Source: Gemmatimonadota bacterium
GTDB lineage: Bacteria > Gemmatimonadota > Gemmatimonadetes > Palauibacterales > KS3-K002
NCBI GenBank assembly: GCA_036475815.1
Contig: JAZGAL010000021.1
Location: 1 to 49,446 of the forward strand
Length of the DNA: 49,446 bases
Direction of reading: 5' to 3'
In this document: positions 36,386 through 46,635 of the stretch, piece by piece
Numbering within the stretch: the first letter of the stretch is position 1
Layout: each line of letters opens with the position of its first letter
Translations under genes and position numbers: made by a program
Notes under the pieces: model-generated
Told to the model about the DNA's origin: nothing
Database searches by the model: none
Seen by the model: the letters and a program-made list of their open reading frames with translations, nothing else

Positions 36386-38146
36386 ATGGCGACAGTCGAA
36401 GCGGTGGCCGGGCCGGTTGCCCACGCTCATCACGAAGAGACCGGCTTCATCCGCCGATACATATTCTCCACCGATCATAAGGTGATCGGCATCCAGTTTC
36501 TGTTCACCTGCCTGTTCTTCCTGGCGGTCGGTGGATTGCTGGCAATGATGATCCGCTGGCAGCTCGGATTCCCGGGCAAGCCGTTGCCCGGTGGCAGCGG
36601 TCTGCCTGACACGATGGCGCCGCAGGGCATCATGTTGCCGGAGTTCTACAACGCCCTGCTGACGATGCATGGTACGTTCATGGTGTTCTTCGCGATCATG
36701 CCGCTGCTAGTCGGCGTGTACGCCAACTTCCTCATCCCGCTGAAGCTCGGCGCTCCGGACATGGCGTTTCCGAGGCTCAACATGGCCTCCTTTTGGGTGT
36801 TCGTATTGTCAGGGATCGTGATGCTGGCGAGCCTTTTCGTGGAGGGCGGCGCGGCGGGGGCCGGCTGGACGGCCTACGCGCCGTTGAGTGCGGTGCCGGA
36901 GTACACGGGAGTGTCGCTGGGGCAGCAGCTATGGATCGTTAGCATCATCCTGTTCGCAGCGTCGTCGTTACTGGGCTCGGTGAACTACATCACGACGGTG
37001 ATCAACATGCGGGCGCCCGGCATGACGCTCTTGCGCATGCCGCTCTCGATATGGTCGCTGTTCATCACGGCGATCCTGGCCCTGCTGGCGGTGCCGATCC
37101 TGGCCGGTGCCGTCATCATGCTGCTCTTCGACCAGACGATCGGGACCACGTTCTTCCTTCCTGAGGGCGGTGGACAGCCACTGCTCTGGCAGCACCTCTT
37201 CTGGTTCTTCGGGCACCCGGAGGTCTACATCCTGATTCTCCCGGCGATGGGAATAGTGTCCGATGTCCTGGCCAACGGTTCTCGGAAGCCGATCTTCGGC
37301 TACCACTCGATGGTGTTCGCTATCATCGCGATCGCCTTCTTGGGCTGGATCGTATGGGGGCACCACATGTTCCAGAGCGGGATGAACCCGCTGCTGGGAA
37401 CCTCTTTCATGGTGTCGACGATGGCGATCGCGATTCCCTCCGCTATCAAGGTGTTCAATTGGCTGGGCACGATGTGGCGTGGGAACATCCAGTTCAACAC
37501 ACCGATGCTGAACGCCATCGCCTTCGTGGCGATGTTCACGATCGGCGGGTTGAGCGGTATCTTCATGGCCTCCAACAGCGTGGATATCTTCATCCACGAC
37601 ACGTACTTCATCGTAGCGCATATCCACTACGTGCTGTTCGGCGGCAGCCTATTCGCCATCTTCGCGGCCATCTACTTCTGGTTCCCGAAGATGTTCGGCC
37701 GGATGATGAACGAAACGTGGGGCAAGATCCATTTCGCGCTCACGTTCGTCTTGTACAACCTCGTGTTCTTCCCCATGCATGTACTCGGCATGGGCGGCCA
37801 CATGCGGCGGATCTACGACCCGACCCAGTACGATTTCCTGCAACGCTTCCAGGGTACGAACACCTTCATCTCGATCAGTGCGTTCTTGCTGTTTACCGCG
37901 CAGTTCGTGTTCCTGATCAACTTCTTGTGGAGCATGTTCAAGGGTAAGAAGGCCGAATTGAACCCGTGGCGCGACAACGGGCTCGAGTGGACGGTCCCGT
38001 CGCCGGCTCCTCATGGGAATTTTGCGGTAACGCCTACGGTGTACCGCGGCCCCTATGAGTTCAGTTCTCCGCTGGTCGAGGAAGATTTCCTGCCCCAGAA
38101 TGTTCCGCTTGATGGAGAACGGGCGGGCGTTGGCGCCGAGGGATAA
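36386..38146 (+). CDS. coxA: Cytochrome c oxidase subunit I, A1-type (second copy)
   Basis: STDHKVIG, TMHGT, DMAFPRLN, WFFGHPEVY, VWGHHM, PSAIK, IVAHIHY, MRR. Confidence 0.97.
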   Translation: MATVEAVAGPVAHAHHEETGFIRRYIFSTDHKVIGIQFLFTCLFFLAVGGLLAMMIRWQLGFPGKPLPGGSGLPDTMAPQGIMLPEFYNALLTMHGTFMVFFAIMPLLVGVYANFLIPLKLGAPDMAFPRLNMASFWVFVLSGIVMLASLFVEGGAAGAGWTAYAPLSAVPEYTGVSLGQQLWIVSIILFAASSLLGSVNYITTVINMRAPGMTLLRMPLSIWSLFITAILALLAVPILAGAVIMLLFDQTIGTTFFLPEGGGQPLLWQHLFWFFGHPEVYILILPAMGIVSDVLANGSRKPIFGYHSMVFAIIAIAFLGWIVWGHHMFQSGMNPLLGTSFMVSTMAIAIPSAIKVFNWLGTMWRGNIQFNTPMLNAIAFVAMFTIGGLSGIFMASNSVDIFIHDTYFIVAHIHYVLFGGSLFAIFAAIYFWFPKMFGRMMNETWGKIHFALTFVLYNLVFFPMHVLGMGGHMRRIYDPTQYDFLQRFQGTNTFISISAFLLFTAQFVFLINFLWSMFKGKKAELNPWRDNGLEWTVPSPAPHGNFAVTPTVYRGPYEFSSPLVEEDFLPQNVPLDGERAGVGAEG

Positions 38147-38157
38147 CGAACGACGCT

Positions 38158-38850
38158 ATGGAACGAGCAGACGAGCAGACGATGAACGAAGCCGTAGTAA
38201 TGTCCGGAAGCGTAGTAATGCCCGGAGGCGTAAGCGCCGAGCCCGGAATGCGCGTCTACAACCAGAAGCTCGGGATGTGGGTGTTCCTCACCTCCGAGAT
38301 CATGTTCTTCACCAGCTTGATCGGTGCCTACATCATCCTGCGGTTCGGGGGAGGGGCGTGGGCGTTGCCGGCTGTGCCGCTCTCAGAAGGTGGATCGCCC
38401 CTCAACATCCAATTGACCGCGCTCAACACGTTCCTCCTGATCTGCAGCAGCGTGACCATGGTGAAGGCGTTCGCGTCCATCGAGCACGGCGACCAAAAGG
38501 GACTTCGACTGTTCCTTGTGCTCACCGTGCTGCTGGGTGCTACCTTCGTGGGTATTCAGATCGTCGAGTATACCGTGCTGGCCCACGAAGGGTTCCTTCC
38601 GCATTGCAGCGCGGAGCTGGCGGCCGTAGTACCCAGCTGTCATCTGTTTGGCTCGACGTTCTATACCATGACCGGTTTCCACGGCCTACACGTAACGATC
38701 GGCGTGCTGTGCATCAGCTGGGTGACGGTGAAAGCGTTCCGTGGTGGCTATAGCAAGGAGAATCACGGCGGTGTGGAGGTGGTCGGGCTCTACTGGCACT
38801 TCGTCGACCTCGTGTGGATCATCCTCTTCACGATCGTCTACCTGATCTGA
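38158..38850 (+). CDS. coxC: Cytochrome c oxidase subunit III (second copy)
   Basis: KLGMWVFLTSE, TGFHGLHV, GLYWHFVDLVW. Confidence 0.95.
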   Translation: MERADEQTMNEAVVMSGSVVMPGGVSAEPGMRVYNQKLGMWVFLTSEIMFFTSLIGAYIILRFGGGAWALPAVPLSEGGSPLNIQLTALNTFLLICSSVTMVKAFASIEHGDQKGLRLFLVLTVLLGATFVGIQIVEYTVLAHEGFLPHCSAELAAVVPSCHLFGSTFYTMTGFHGLHVTIGVLCISWVTVKAFRGGYSKENHGGVEVVGLYWHFVDLVWIILFTIVYLI

Positions 38851-38866
38851 GGAGGTGTGGAGGTCG

Positions 38867-39169
38867 ATGAACAGCACGGAGGGTAACCTGATGGAGAGCG
38901 CCGAAAAGAAGAAGCCGAACTACTATTTCATCTGGTTTCTGCTCTTCGTCCTGACTGTGGTCGAAGTGGGTGTGGCTTACATGAGCACACTGCCGCGGAA
39001 CGTCCTGATTCTGGTCCTGCTGGCGCTGGCGCTCTGGAAAGCGACGCTGGTAGCCATGTACTACATGCACCTTAGATTCGAGAGACTGAGGCTGATACTA
39101 CTGGCCACGGCGCCGCTCCCGCTGGCAATCATCCTGGTAGTCGTGGTCCTGCTTGAATATGCGCAGTAA
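38867..39169 (+). CDS. Cytochrome c oxidase subunit IV (second copy)
   Basis: LTVVEV, KATLVAMYYMHLRFE. Start 38867 or 38891. Confidence 0.85.
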   Translation: MNSTEGNLMESAEKKKPNYYFIWFLLFVLTVVEVGVAYMSTLPRNVLILVLLALALWKATLVAMYYMHLRFERLRLILLATAPLPLAIILVVVVLLEYAQ

Positions 39170-40022
39170 GACCGTCGCCGCCGATCTGTACGAGCTGACC
39201 AAGCCCGGCATCACCCGTCTGGTGCTCATCACCACGGCGGTGGGGTTCTATCTCGGCTCGAGCGGTTCGTTCGACCTGGCTCTGCTGCTCCATGCCCTCG
39301 TTGGCACCGGGCTGCTGGCGGCCGGCACCAACGCGCTCAACCAGTGGGCGGAACGGGGCGTGGACGCCGTGATGAAACGCACCCGCGGCCGCCCGCTTCC
39401 CTCGGGACGGCTCAGATCGTCCACGGCGCTGGTCTTCTCGGTCGGGATCTCGGTTGCCGGGACGCTGTACCTGGCAACCCTGGTTAATCTGCTTACCGCG
39501 TGCCTCGGCGCAGCGTCGCTGCTGATCTACATCTTCGCCTACACGCCGCTGAAGCGGCGGACCTGGTGGTGCACGGCGGTGGGTGCGATTCCCGGAGCGA
39601 TCCCGCCGCTGATGGGATGGGCCGCGGTCACGGGAAGCCTCGACACGCTGGCCTGGGTGCTGTTCGGCATCGTCTTCCTGTGGCAGATGCCACACTTCTT
39701 CGCCATTGCCTGGCTGTACCGGCTCGACTACGCGCGTGCCGGTTTCCCGATGCTGCCGGTGGTCGATTCCGAAGGGGTGCGGACCGCGCGGCAGATCGTC
39801 CTCTACACGCTCGCCCTGCTGGTGGTGAGCCTGCTCACCTCGGTCTTGGGCCTGACGGGCGCACTCTACTTCTTCGGAGCGTTGACGCTGGGGCTGGCCT
39901 TTCTTGGACTGGCGCTGGCGCTGGCGTTCACACGCACCGGCGTTCAGGCGCGACGCCTCTTCCTCGGCTCGGTGCTCTACCTGCCGGTCCTGCTGGTGCT
40001 GATGGTCGTGGACAAGGTGTGA
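39159..40022 (+). CDS. ctaB: Protohaem IX farnesyltransferase (haem o synthase)
   Basis: LTKPGI, NQWAERGVDAVMKRTRGRPLPSG, YTPLKR, GAIPPLMGW, WQMPHF, DYARAGFPMLP. Confidence 0.95.
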   Translation: MRSKTVAADLYELTKPGITRLVLITTAVGFYLGSSGSFDLALLLHALVGTGLLAAGTNALNQWAERGVDAVMKRTRGRPLPSGRLRSSTALVFSVGISVAGTLYLATLVNLLTACLGAASLLIYIFAYTPLKRRTWWCTAVGAIPGAIPPLMGWAAVTGSLDTLAWVLFGIVFLWQMPHFFAIAWLYRLDYARAGFPMLPVVDSEGVRTARQIVLYTLALLVVSLLTSVLGLTGALYFFGALTLGLAFLGLALALAFTRTGVQARRLFLGSVLYLPVLLVLMVVDKV

Positions 40023-40031
40023 GGTAGTCGA

Positions 40032-40220
40032 ATGGTCAACTTTCACAAGGTCCTGATCTCCGCAGCGATCGTCTTCACGCTCGGCTTCGCTGTGTGGTCC
40101 GGTTGGGCCTATTCGGGGACGGGCGACTTTTGGGCGGGCGCAGCCGCCGTCGGTTTCGGCTTTGCCACGGTGGTCCTGATCCTTTACCTCAAGAACCTGA
40201 AGCGCTTCCTGGGCGAGTGA
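40032..40220 (+). CDS. Small 2-TM hypothetical protein
   Basis: RBS GAGGT, FHKVLI N-terminus, two hydrophobic helices; located inside the operon. Confidence 0.65.
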   Translation: MVNFHKVLISAAIVFTLGFAVWSGWAYSGTGDFWAGAAAVGFGFATVVLILYLKNLKRFLGE

Positions 40221-40249
40221 GCACAGGAGGGCGGACATGAGCCGGTAGG

Positions 40250-40678
40250 TTGATCTCGCTCGGCGATCTTCCCGCGGTCAACGCCACGCTGAACGGCACC
40301 AGCGCCGTGCTGCTGGTCGCTGGCTACCTGGCGATCCGTCGGGGTCGGACGAAGCTGCACCGAGGACTGATGCTGTCGGCGCTGGGTGTCTCGACCCTCT
40401 TCCTCGTCTCGTACCTCTACTACCACTACCACGTTGGGACGACCTATTTCACGGGCCAGGGTTGGGTGCGGCCCGTCTACTTCACCATCCTCATCTCTCA
40501 CACGATCCTGGCCGTGGTCATCGTCCCGCTGGTCATCGTGACCCTGTATCGTGCGCTCCGCCAGGACTTCACCCGCCACCGCCGCATCGCGCGCGTCACG
40601 TTCCCGGTCTGGCTGTACGTCTCCGTGACAGGGATCCTGGTCTACCTGATGCTCTACCAGATCTATCGGCCCGTCTAG
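40250..40678 (+). CDS. DUF420 (YozB/CtaM-like) oxidase accessory membrane protein
   Basis: LPAVNATLN, HRGLM, FLVSYLYYH, ILISHTILA, HRRIAR..FPVWLYVSVTG. Confidence 0.88.
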   Translation: MISLGDLPAVNATLNGTSAVLLVAGYLAIRRGRTKLHRGLMLSALGVSTLFLVSYLYYHYHVGTTYFTGQGWVRPVYFTILISHTILAVVIVPLVIVTLYRALRQDFTRHRRIARVTFPVWLYVSVTGILVYLMLYQIYRPV

Positions 40679-40722
40679 AAGCGCGGGGCCAATAGCTGGA
40701 GAGCAGTCGGCGCCAGCCGTTC

Positions 40723-41682
40723 CTAACCGGCCGACCCGGGCAGGCTGTCTGGAACCTCACGCTGGGCGAGGGCCGCCCAGACCACCAGCGCCGCCCAAAG
40801 CGCGACGCCGACGGCCAGGTGCAGGCCGCGCAGGTTGGGTGGAAGCTGACGGGCGACCAGCTCCGCCGCGACCCAGATCTGTCCGATGAGGAGCCCGAGC
40901 GCGACGATGGCCCAGCGCGAGACCGCGGCCGGAGCTTTGTGGCGCAGCGTTGCGATGACGGCGGTCACGATCACAACGAGCTCGGCGTAGGCCAACAGGC
41001 GGTGGGTCCAGTGAAGGTGAACGAGGCCGCCGCCCTGCGGGAACAGCCGGCCGTTGCAGAGCGGAAAGCCCTGGCAGAGCGGGGCTGCGCCCGTGTTCGC
41101 CACCAGAGCGCCGAACAGAAGGACGACGAAGCCCAGGGCCGCCGCGGCCAGCGCCCAGCGTTTGTAGGCGGCGCCGGTCCGCTCTTGCGCCTCGGGACTC
41201 GCCTCTACACGGGCCCGGAGGCCGGCGACGAGCAGTGTCGCCAGCAGGGTCAAGGCCAGCCCCAGGTGCAGCACGACTGTGCTTGTGGGGAGCTCCAACC
41301 AGACTGTTATCGCTCCCACCAGGACCTGGATAACGAGAAGGACCGCGGAAGCGATCGCCAGACCGACGACCCGGCGAGCGGCGAAACCGGAGACCTTGCG
41401 ATGCCGGATCGCGTACGCGGCGACAACGAAGACCATGATGCTCACGAGGGCCGCCGCCAGCCGGTGGCTGTACTCGATCAGGGTCTCGAAGTCCATCGGG
41501 GGAATGAGCTGGCCGTTGCAGAGCGGCCAGTCGTCGCCGCAGCCCATCCCGGAGCCGGTGATCCTCACCACCCCGCCGAAGACGATGAGAGCGTAGGTGA
41601 AAGCCGCAGTGATGAAGACCAACCAGGCGAATCGGTTGAGGATCTTCGTCGTCATCGAATCACGCTGGTCCCGATCGGGCAT
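40723..41682 (-). CDS. ctaA: Haem A synthase (CtaA/COX15)
   Basis: GGVVRITGSGMGCGDDWPLCNG, EYSHR, VVLHL, CQGFPLCNG, HWTHR, GLHL. RBS GGGAG before ATG 41682. Confidence 0.9.
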   Translation of the reverse strand: MPDRDQRDSMTTKILNRFAWLVFITAAFTYALIVFGGVVRITGSGMGCGDDWPLCNGQLIPPMDFETLIEYSHRLAAALVSIMVFVVAAYAIRHRKVSGFAARRVVGLAIASAVLLVIQVLVGAITVWLELPTSTVVLHLGLALTLLATLLVAGLRARVEASPEAQERTGAAYKRWALAAAALGFVVLLFGALVANTGAAPLCQGFPLCNGRLFPQGGGLVHLHWTHRLLAYAELVVIVTAVIATLRHKAPAAVSRWAIVALGLLIGQIWVAAELVARQLPPNLRGLHLAVGVALWAALVVWAALAQREVPDSLPGSAG

Positions 41683-41817
41683 GCTGACTCCCGGTTTCTC
41701 GATGCTTAGACGGCCGGGGCACCGCAATATGGCAGCGGGCCGGCTCGGAAGCGATGGGTCTGGGGCTGCCCGAGACAACGGCCGCTCTCGGGTCTACATT
41801 ATTATTATGTGACTACC

Positions 41818-43632
41818 ATGGCTCAGGATCGAAGGCGCACGAAGCTGCGCGTACCGCCGATACAGGTTCCGGTGTTCGTGTTCCGGCGACTGGGGCCGCG
41901 GCTCTACCCCCACCGCTGGGTGCTGGCAACCGCGACCGTTTTTCTGTTGCTGAGCGGCAGCATCGGACTGGCGTTCCCGCTCATCGTGCAGCGGCTGATG
42001 GATGCGGCGTTCGTCGACATGGATCGGACGCTGTTGAATCGGATCGCGCTGCTGCTACTGGTGCTCTTCTCGGTCCAGGGCCTGTTCAACTTCTTCCAGG
42101 TGTACCTGCTGGGAGCCACCGGTGAACGGATCATCGCGGGACTCAGGCAGGATCTGTTCACGCACCTGCTGACGCTGTCTCCCGATTTCTTCACGGAACG
42201 AACGACAGGCGAGCTGACGAGCCGGCTGACCTCCGACGTTGTGAGACTGCAAAGCGTGCTGAGTTATCAGATATCTGAGCTGCTGCGCCAGTTGCTCTAC
42301 CTGATCGGATCGCTCGTCCTCCTCACCCTGATGCACCGTCAGCTCACGTTCACGACTTTGGCCGTCATCCCGGCGGTTGTTCTTCTGGGGGTGACTTTCG
42401 GCAGGCGGCTGCGTCGCGTGAGCACCGAGGTTCAGGACGAGATCGCGCACGCGAACACGGTGGCCGAGGAATCGATCGTGCAGATCCGCACGGTGCAGAG
42501 CTTCGTGCGCGAGCCGACCGAGATCGGGCGTTATGCCGAGCGTATCGACTCGGCGCTCCGTGCCGCGTTGCAGCGGGCGTTGACCCGGGGCGTCTTCTTC
42601 GGTGTGATCACAGTGGTAACGTTCGGCGGCATCGTCGCCGTGCTCTGGCAGGGCGGGCGCCTGGTGCTGACGGGCGAGATCACGGGAGGCCAGCTCGTTT
42701 CCTTCATGTTGTACGCGGTGATGGTGGCGGCGGCGATCACGTCGCTCGCCTCGCTGTGGGGCGGCTACCAGGAGGCGCAGGGCTCGGCGGAAAGGGTGTT
42801 CGAGCTGCTGGACCAGAAGCCGACCGTGGCGGACCCTCTTCAGCCGCGCACGCTGGCGCCGGGGAGAGGCTGGACGCTCAACTTCGACGATGTCTGGTTC
42901 CGTTATGGGTCTGACCTGCCATGGGTGCTCCGGGAGATCGCTCTCGAGATCATGCCCGGTGAAATCGTGGCGCTCGTCGGGCCAAGCGGGGCCGGGAAGT
43001 CGACGTTGGCCGGGCTGCTCCCTCGGTTCTGGGACCCCACGCGCGGTGCCGTCAGACTGGACGGGACGGACTTGCGTGAACTCCGGCTCGCGGATCTCAG
43101 ATTCGCCGTGGGCATCGTGCCGCAGGAGCCGATGCTGTTCGGGACCACGGTCCGCGAGAACATCAGTTACGGGCGCGACGGCGCGACGTCCGAAGAGATC
43201 GAAGCCGTGGCCCGGGCCGCTCACGCGGCGGAATTCATCGAACGCTTGCCGGACGAATACGAGTCGCTGGTTGGCGAGCGGGGTGTGAAGCTTTCGGTGG
43301 GCCAGCGCCAGCGCATCGCCATCGCCCGGGTGCTCCTGAAGGATCCCCGCATCCTGATACTCGACGAAGCGACCAGCAGCCTGGATACCGAGAGTGAACG
43401 TCTGGTGGAGGCGGCGTTCGAGCAGCTGATGGAGGGCAGGACCACGCTCATCATCGCCCATCGCCTGAGCACGGTTCAGCGCGCCGATCGGGTGCTGGTG
43501 CTGGACGGGGGGCGGATAGTGGAGGTCGGAACCCACGCCGAGTTGCTCGAACTGGAAGGGCTGTACGCGCGGCTGTACATGGGGCAGTTTAGAGATGACC
43601 TACGCCCGGAAGCGGGATCTCTTCTGGGGTAG
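41818..43632 (+). CDS. ABC exporter, fused permease and ATPase (MsbA-like)
   Basis: 6-TM domain, TGELTSRL, GPSGAGKS, LSVGQRQR, ILDEATSSLD, IAHRLST. Start 41809 or 41818. Confidence 0.92.
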   Translation: MAQDRRRTKLRVPPIQVPVFVFRRLGPRLYPHRWVLATATVFLLLSGSIGLAFPLIVQRLMDAAFVDMDRTLLNRIALLLLVLFSVQGLFNFFQVYLLGATGERIIAGLRQDLFTHLLTLSPDFFTERTTGELTSRLTSDVVRLQSVLSYQISELLRQLLYLIGSLVLLTLMHRQLTFTTLAVIPAVVLLGVTFGRRLRRVSTEVQDEIAHANTVAEESIVQIRTVQSFVREPTEIGRYAERIDSALRAALQRALTRGVFFGVITVVTFGGIVAVLWQGGRLVLTGEITGGQLVSFMLYAVMVAAAITSLASLWGGYQEAQGSAERVFELLDQKPTVADPLQPRTLAPGRGWTLNFDDVWFRYGSDLPWVLREIALEIMPGEIVALVGPSGAGKSTLAGLLPRFWDPTRGAVRLDGTDLRELRLADLRFAVGIVPQEPMLFGTTVRENISYGRDGATSEEIEAVARAAHAAEFIERLPDEYESLVGERGVKLSVGQRQRIAIARVLLKDPRILILDEATSSLDTESERLVEAAFEQLMEGRTTLIIAHRLSTVQRADRVLVLDGGRIVEVGTHAELLELEGLYARLYMGQFRDDLRPEAGSLLG

Positions 43633-43673
43633 CGCCGGTTGATAACAGGTGGTGTGAGGAGTCTAACCGAGGC

Positions 43674-45602
43674 ATGGCCGGGAAAGTGAACAAGAAAGAG
43701 CGACAGACGGGAGAGCCCCGGCGTCCCGGGCCCGCGAGCCCGATGGGCCGGCAGCGGCTCTTGCCGCTTCTGGCTATTGTGGCCGTACTTCTGCTTTTCG
43801 GCCTCAACTATCTGGTCTCCTCCAATCGGTCGGGCCAGGAGATCAGCTACAGCGAGCTGAAGGAGAGAATCGCCGCGGGTGAGGTGGCGAAGCTGACGAT
43901 AGGCGAGCGCAGGATCGTGGCGGAGCCGACGGAGGGGAGGAAGGCGGCCGGGGCGCCCGAGAGCTGGATCGCCGTGAAGGTCGAGGACCCCGGCCTCGTG
44001 GACCTGGCGGAAGAGCACGGTGTCGAATACGAGGGCGCCGTCTCGAATGGAATGGGTTGGCTGCTCAACCTGATCATCCCATTCGGCTTCCTGCTCCTGC
44101 TCTGGATGTTCTTGCTGCGCCGGATGGGCCCGGCCCAGGGCGTGATGACGTTCGGGAAGTCCCAGGCGCGGCTCCAGGCCGAGGGTGACACCGGCGTCAG
44201 CTTCGCGGACGTGGCCGGTGAAGATGAGGCGGAGGAGGAGCTTCAGGAGGTCGTCGATTTCCTGAAGACGCCCCAGAAGTTCACGCGACTGGGCGCGAAG
44301 ATTCCCAAGGGCATCCTGCTGGTGGGTCCGCCGGGGACCGGCAAGACGCTGCTGGCGCGTGCGGTGGCCGGCGAGGCGGGGGTGCCGTTCTTCAATCTGT
44401 CGGGCTCGGAGTTCGTCGAGATGTTTGTCGGGGTCGGTGCGGCCCGGGTACGGGACCTCTTCGCCCAGGCGAAGGAGAAGGCGCCCTGCATCATCTTCAT
44501 CGATGAGCTGGATGCGCTGGCCAAGGCGCGCGGAATTGGAGGTCCCGTGGGCGGCCACGATGAGCGGGAGCAGACGCTCAACCAGCTGCTGGTCGAGATG
44601 GACGGTTTCGATCCGACCGTCGGCGTCATCATCATGGCCGCCACGAACCGGCCGGAGTTGCTGGATCCTGCCTTGCTCCGGGCCGGCCGCTTCGACCGGC
44701 ACGTTCTGGTGGACCGACCCGACAAGAACGGCCGCCTGGAGATTCTCGAGGTGCACGCCCGGGGTATCAAGCTGGCTGCGGATGTGGATCTGGAAGTGGT
44801 GGCGCGGCGTACGCCCGGGTTCGTCGGCGCCGATCTGGCCAATTTGCTCAACGAGGCAGCGCTGCTCGCCGCGCGCCGCGGCGGTGACGCGGTCAGCATG
44901 GAAGACATCGACCGGGCGATCGACCGCATCGTAGCGGGTCTCGAGAAAAAGAACCGACTCATCAACGAGGACGAGAAACGGATCGTCGCTTTCCACGAGG
45001 CCGGGCACGCCATTGTCGCGCAATGTGTGGAGCATGCGGACCGGGTCCACAAGATCTCGATCATCCCGCGCGGCATCGGGGCGCTGGGTTACACTCAGCA
45101 ACTTCCGACGGAAGACCGCTACCTGCTGACCCAGGCCGAGCTAGAGGACCGGGTTGCCGTGTTGCTGGGCGGCCGCGTCGCTGAGGAGATCGTCTTCGGC
45201 GAGATCTCGACAGGCGCCCAGAACGACCTCGGCCGCGTCACCGATATCGCGCGCAGCATGGTCGTAGAATATGGCATGAGCGAGTCGCTGGGCCCGATCG
45301 CTTATGAGAACCGCGCCCGCGGCATGCTGGGTCTCCGGCAGCCGATGGACCTCGAGCAGGCGCAGCTCAGCGAGGAGACGCGGCAAGAGATTGACCGGGA
45401 GGTGCGCCGCATAGTCGACGAGGCACACGCTCGTGCGCACGATCTATTAACGAATGAGCGGAGAGCTCTCGATGCCGTTGCCGAGCGCTTGCTCGAGAAG
45501 GAAGTCGTCGAGGGCGAGGAGCTCGTCGAGATCCTCGAGCAGTACGCGCCGAAGAAGGGTCGCAAGGAAAGCTGCGCTGAACCGGCTTCACAGAAGTCAT
45601 GA
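43674..45602 (+). CDS. ftsH: ATP-dependent zinc metalloprotease FtsH
   Basis: Two TM segments, [42 protein letters not shown]. Confidence 0.97.
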   Translation: MAGKVNKKERQTGEPRRPGPASPMGRQRLLPLLAIVAVLLLFGLNYLVSSNRSGQEISYSELKERIAAGEVAKLTIGERRIVAEPTEGRKAAGAPESWIAVKVEDPGLVDLAEEHGVEYEGAVSNGMGWLLNLIIPFGFLLLLWMFLLRRMGPAQGVMTFGKSQARLQAEGDTGVSFADVAGEDEAEEELQEVVDFLKTPQKFTRLGAKIPKGILLVGPPGTGKTLLARAVAGEAGVPFFNLSGSEFVEMFVGVGAARVRDLFAQAKEKAPCIIFIDELDALAKARGIGGPVGGHDEREQTLNQLLVEMDGFDPTVGVIIMAATNRPELLDPALLRAGRFDRHVLVDRPDKNGRLEILEVHARGIKLAADVDLEVVARRTPGFVGADLANLLNEAALLAARRGGDAVSMEDIDRAIDRIVAGLEKKNRLINEDEKRIVAFHEAGHAIVAQCVEHADRVHKISIIPRGIGALGYTQQLPTEDRYLLTQAELEDRVAVLLGGRVAEEIVFGEISTGAQNDLGRVTDIARSMVVEYGMSESLGPIAYENRARGMLGLRQPMDLEQAQLSEETRQEIDREVRRIVDEAHARAHDLLTNERRALDAVAERLLEKEVVEGEELVEILEQYAPKKGRKESCAEPASQKS

Positions 45603-46237
45603 GAATCACGGAGATCTTCCTTTCCATCCAGGGCGAGTCGAGCTGGGCGGGGTTCGCTTGCGTGTTCGTGCGCACCACCGGGTGCAACTTGCGCTGCGTC
45701 TGGTGTGACACGGACTACGCGTTCTACGGCGGCCGTGACATGCTGGTGGAGGAGATCGTCACTGAAGTCGAGCGCATCGGGCGGGACTGCAAGCTGGTGG
45801 AGCTGACCGGTGGGGAGCCGCTGCTCCAGAAGGACGTCGGGCGACTTGCCGAGTTACTCCTGGCGCGTGATTACACCGTTTTGTGCGAGACGAGCGGCAG
45901 CATCGATATCGGCGTCCTGCCTGCCGAGGTTATCAAGATCATGGACATCAAGTGCCCGGGGTCGGGAGAGGTGGACAGTAACCTTTGGGACAACCTCGAG
46001 AGGCTGGGGCACGAAGATGAGATCAAATTCGTGGTCCGGGACCGGGCCGACTACGACTGGGCGCTCGCCGTGATCGCTGAGCGGAAGCTCGCCGGGCGCA
46101 GGCTGCTCCTGGCCCCCGTCTGGGGCGAGCTCGAGCTTAAGGATCTCGCCGGGTGGATGATGAAAGATAACCTGCCCGCGCGACTGCAAACGCAGCTCCA
46201 CAAGCATATCTGGAGCCCGTATGCCTCCGGAGTCTGA
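45599..46237 (+). CDS. queE: 7-carboxy-7-deazaguanine synthase (radical SAM)
   Basis: EIFLSIQGE, GCNLRCVWCDT, TGGEPLLQ, DIKCPGSG, QLHKHIW; adjacent to queD. Confidence 0.92.
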   Translation: MRITEIFLSIQGESSWAGFACVFVRTTGCNLRCVWCDTDYAFYGGRDMLVEEIVTEVERIGRDCKLVELTGGEPLLQKDVGRLAELLLARDYTVLCETSGSIDIGVLPAEVIKIMDIKCPGSGEVDSNLWDNLERLGHEDEIKFVVRDRADYDWALAVIAERKLAGRRLLLAPVWGELELKDLAGWMMKDNLPARLQTQLHKHIWSPYASGV

Positions 46238-46238
46238 C

Positions 46239-46601
46239 ATGCGGGTCGAGCTCTCTCGCAAGTACCACTTTTCCGCCGCCCACCACCTTCCGCGGGCGCC
46301 GGACGGGCACAAGTGCCGCCGCCTCCATGGTCATTCCTACGAGATCGAAGTGGCCGTCCACGGCGAGGTGGATCCGCAGACCGGCTGGCTCATCGACTAC
46401 GGAGCCATCGACGAGCAGGTGAAGCCGCTTATCGCCGAGCTGGACCACCGCACACTCAACGACATCCCCGGCCTCGAAAACGCTACCAGCGAGATCCTCT
46501 GCGCTTGGCTCTGGGACCGGCTGAAGGACCGGCTGCAAGGCCTCCAGCGGGTTTCCGTGGCTGAGACCTGCGCCGCCACCTGCCACTACTTCGGCGATTG
46601 A
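46239..46601 (+). CDS. queD: 6-carboxy-5,6,7,8-tetrahydropterin synthase
   Basis: FSAAHHLP, KCRRLHGHSY, LDHRTLNDIPGLENATSE, ETC. Confidence 0.93.
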   Translation: MRVELSRKYHFSAAHHLPRAPDGHKCRRLHGHSYEIEVAVHGEVDPQTGWLIDYGAIDEQVKPLIAELDHRTLNDIPGLENATSEILCAWLWDRLKDRLQGLQRVSVAETCAATCHYFGD

Positions 46602-46609
46602 GGCCCCCG

Positions 46610-46635
46610 GGAACCGACCCGGGCCGCAATCCGTT
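46610..46635 (+). promoter_or_regulatory. Putative ECF-sigma promoter upstream of the NPC-repeat cytochrome
   Basis: GGAAC(46610)-N17-CGTT(46632), the canonical ECF/SigH/SigR-type arrangement. Confidence 0.5.

Noticed and set aside
45599-46601. queE-queD as a 7-deazaguanine DNA-modification (dpd) defence system
   Set aside because: No dpdA/tgt-like or other dpd genes are present; the context next to ftsH is housekeeping.
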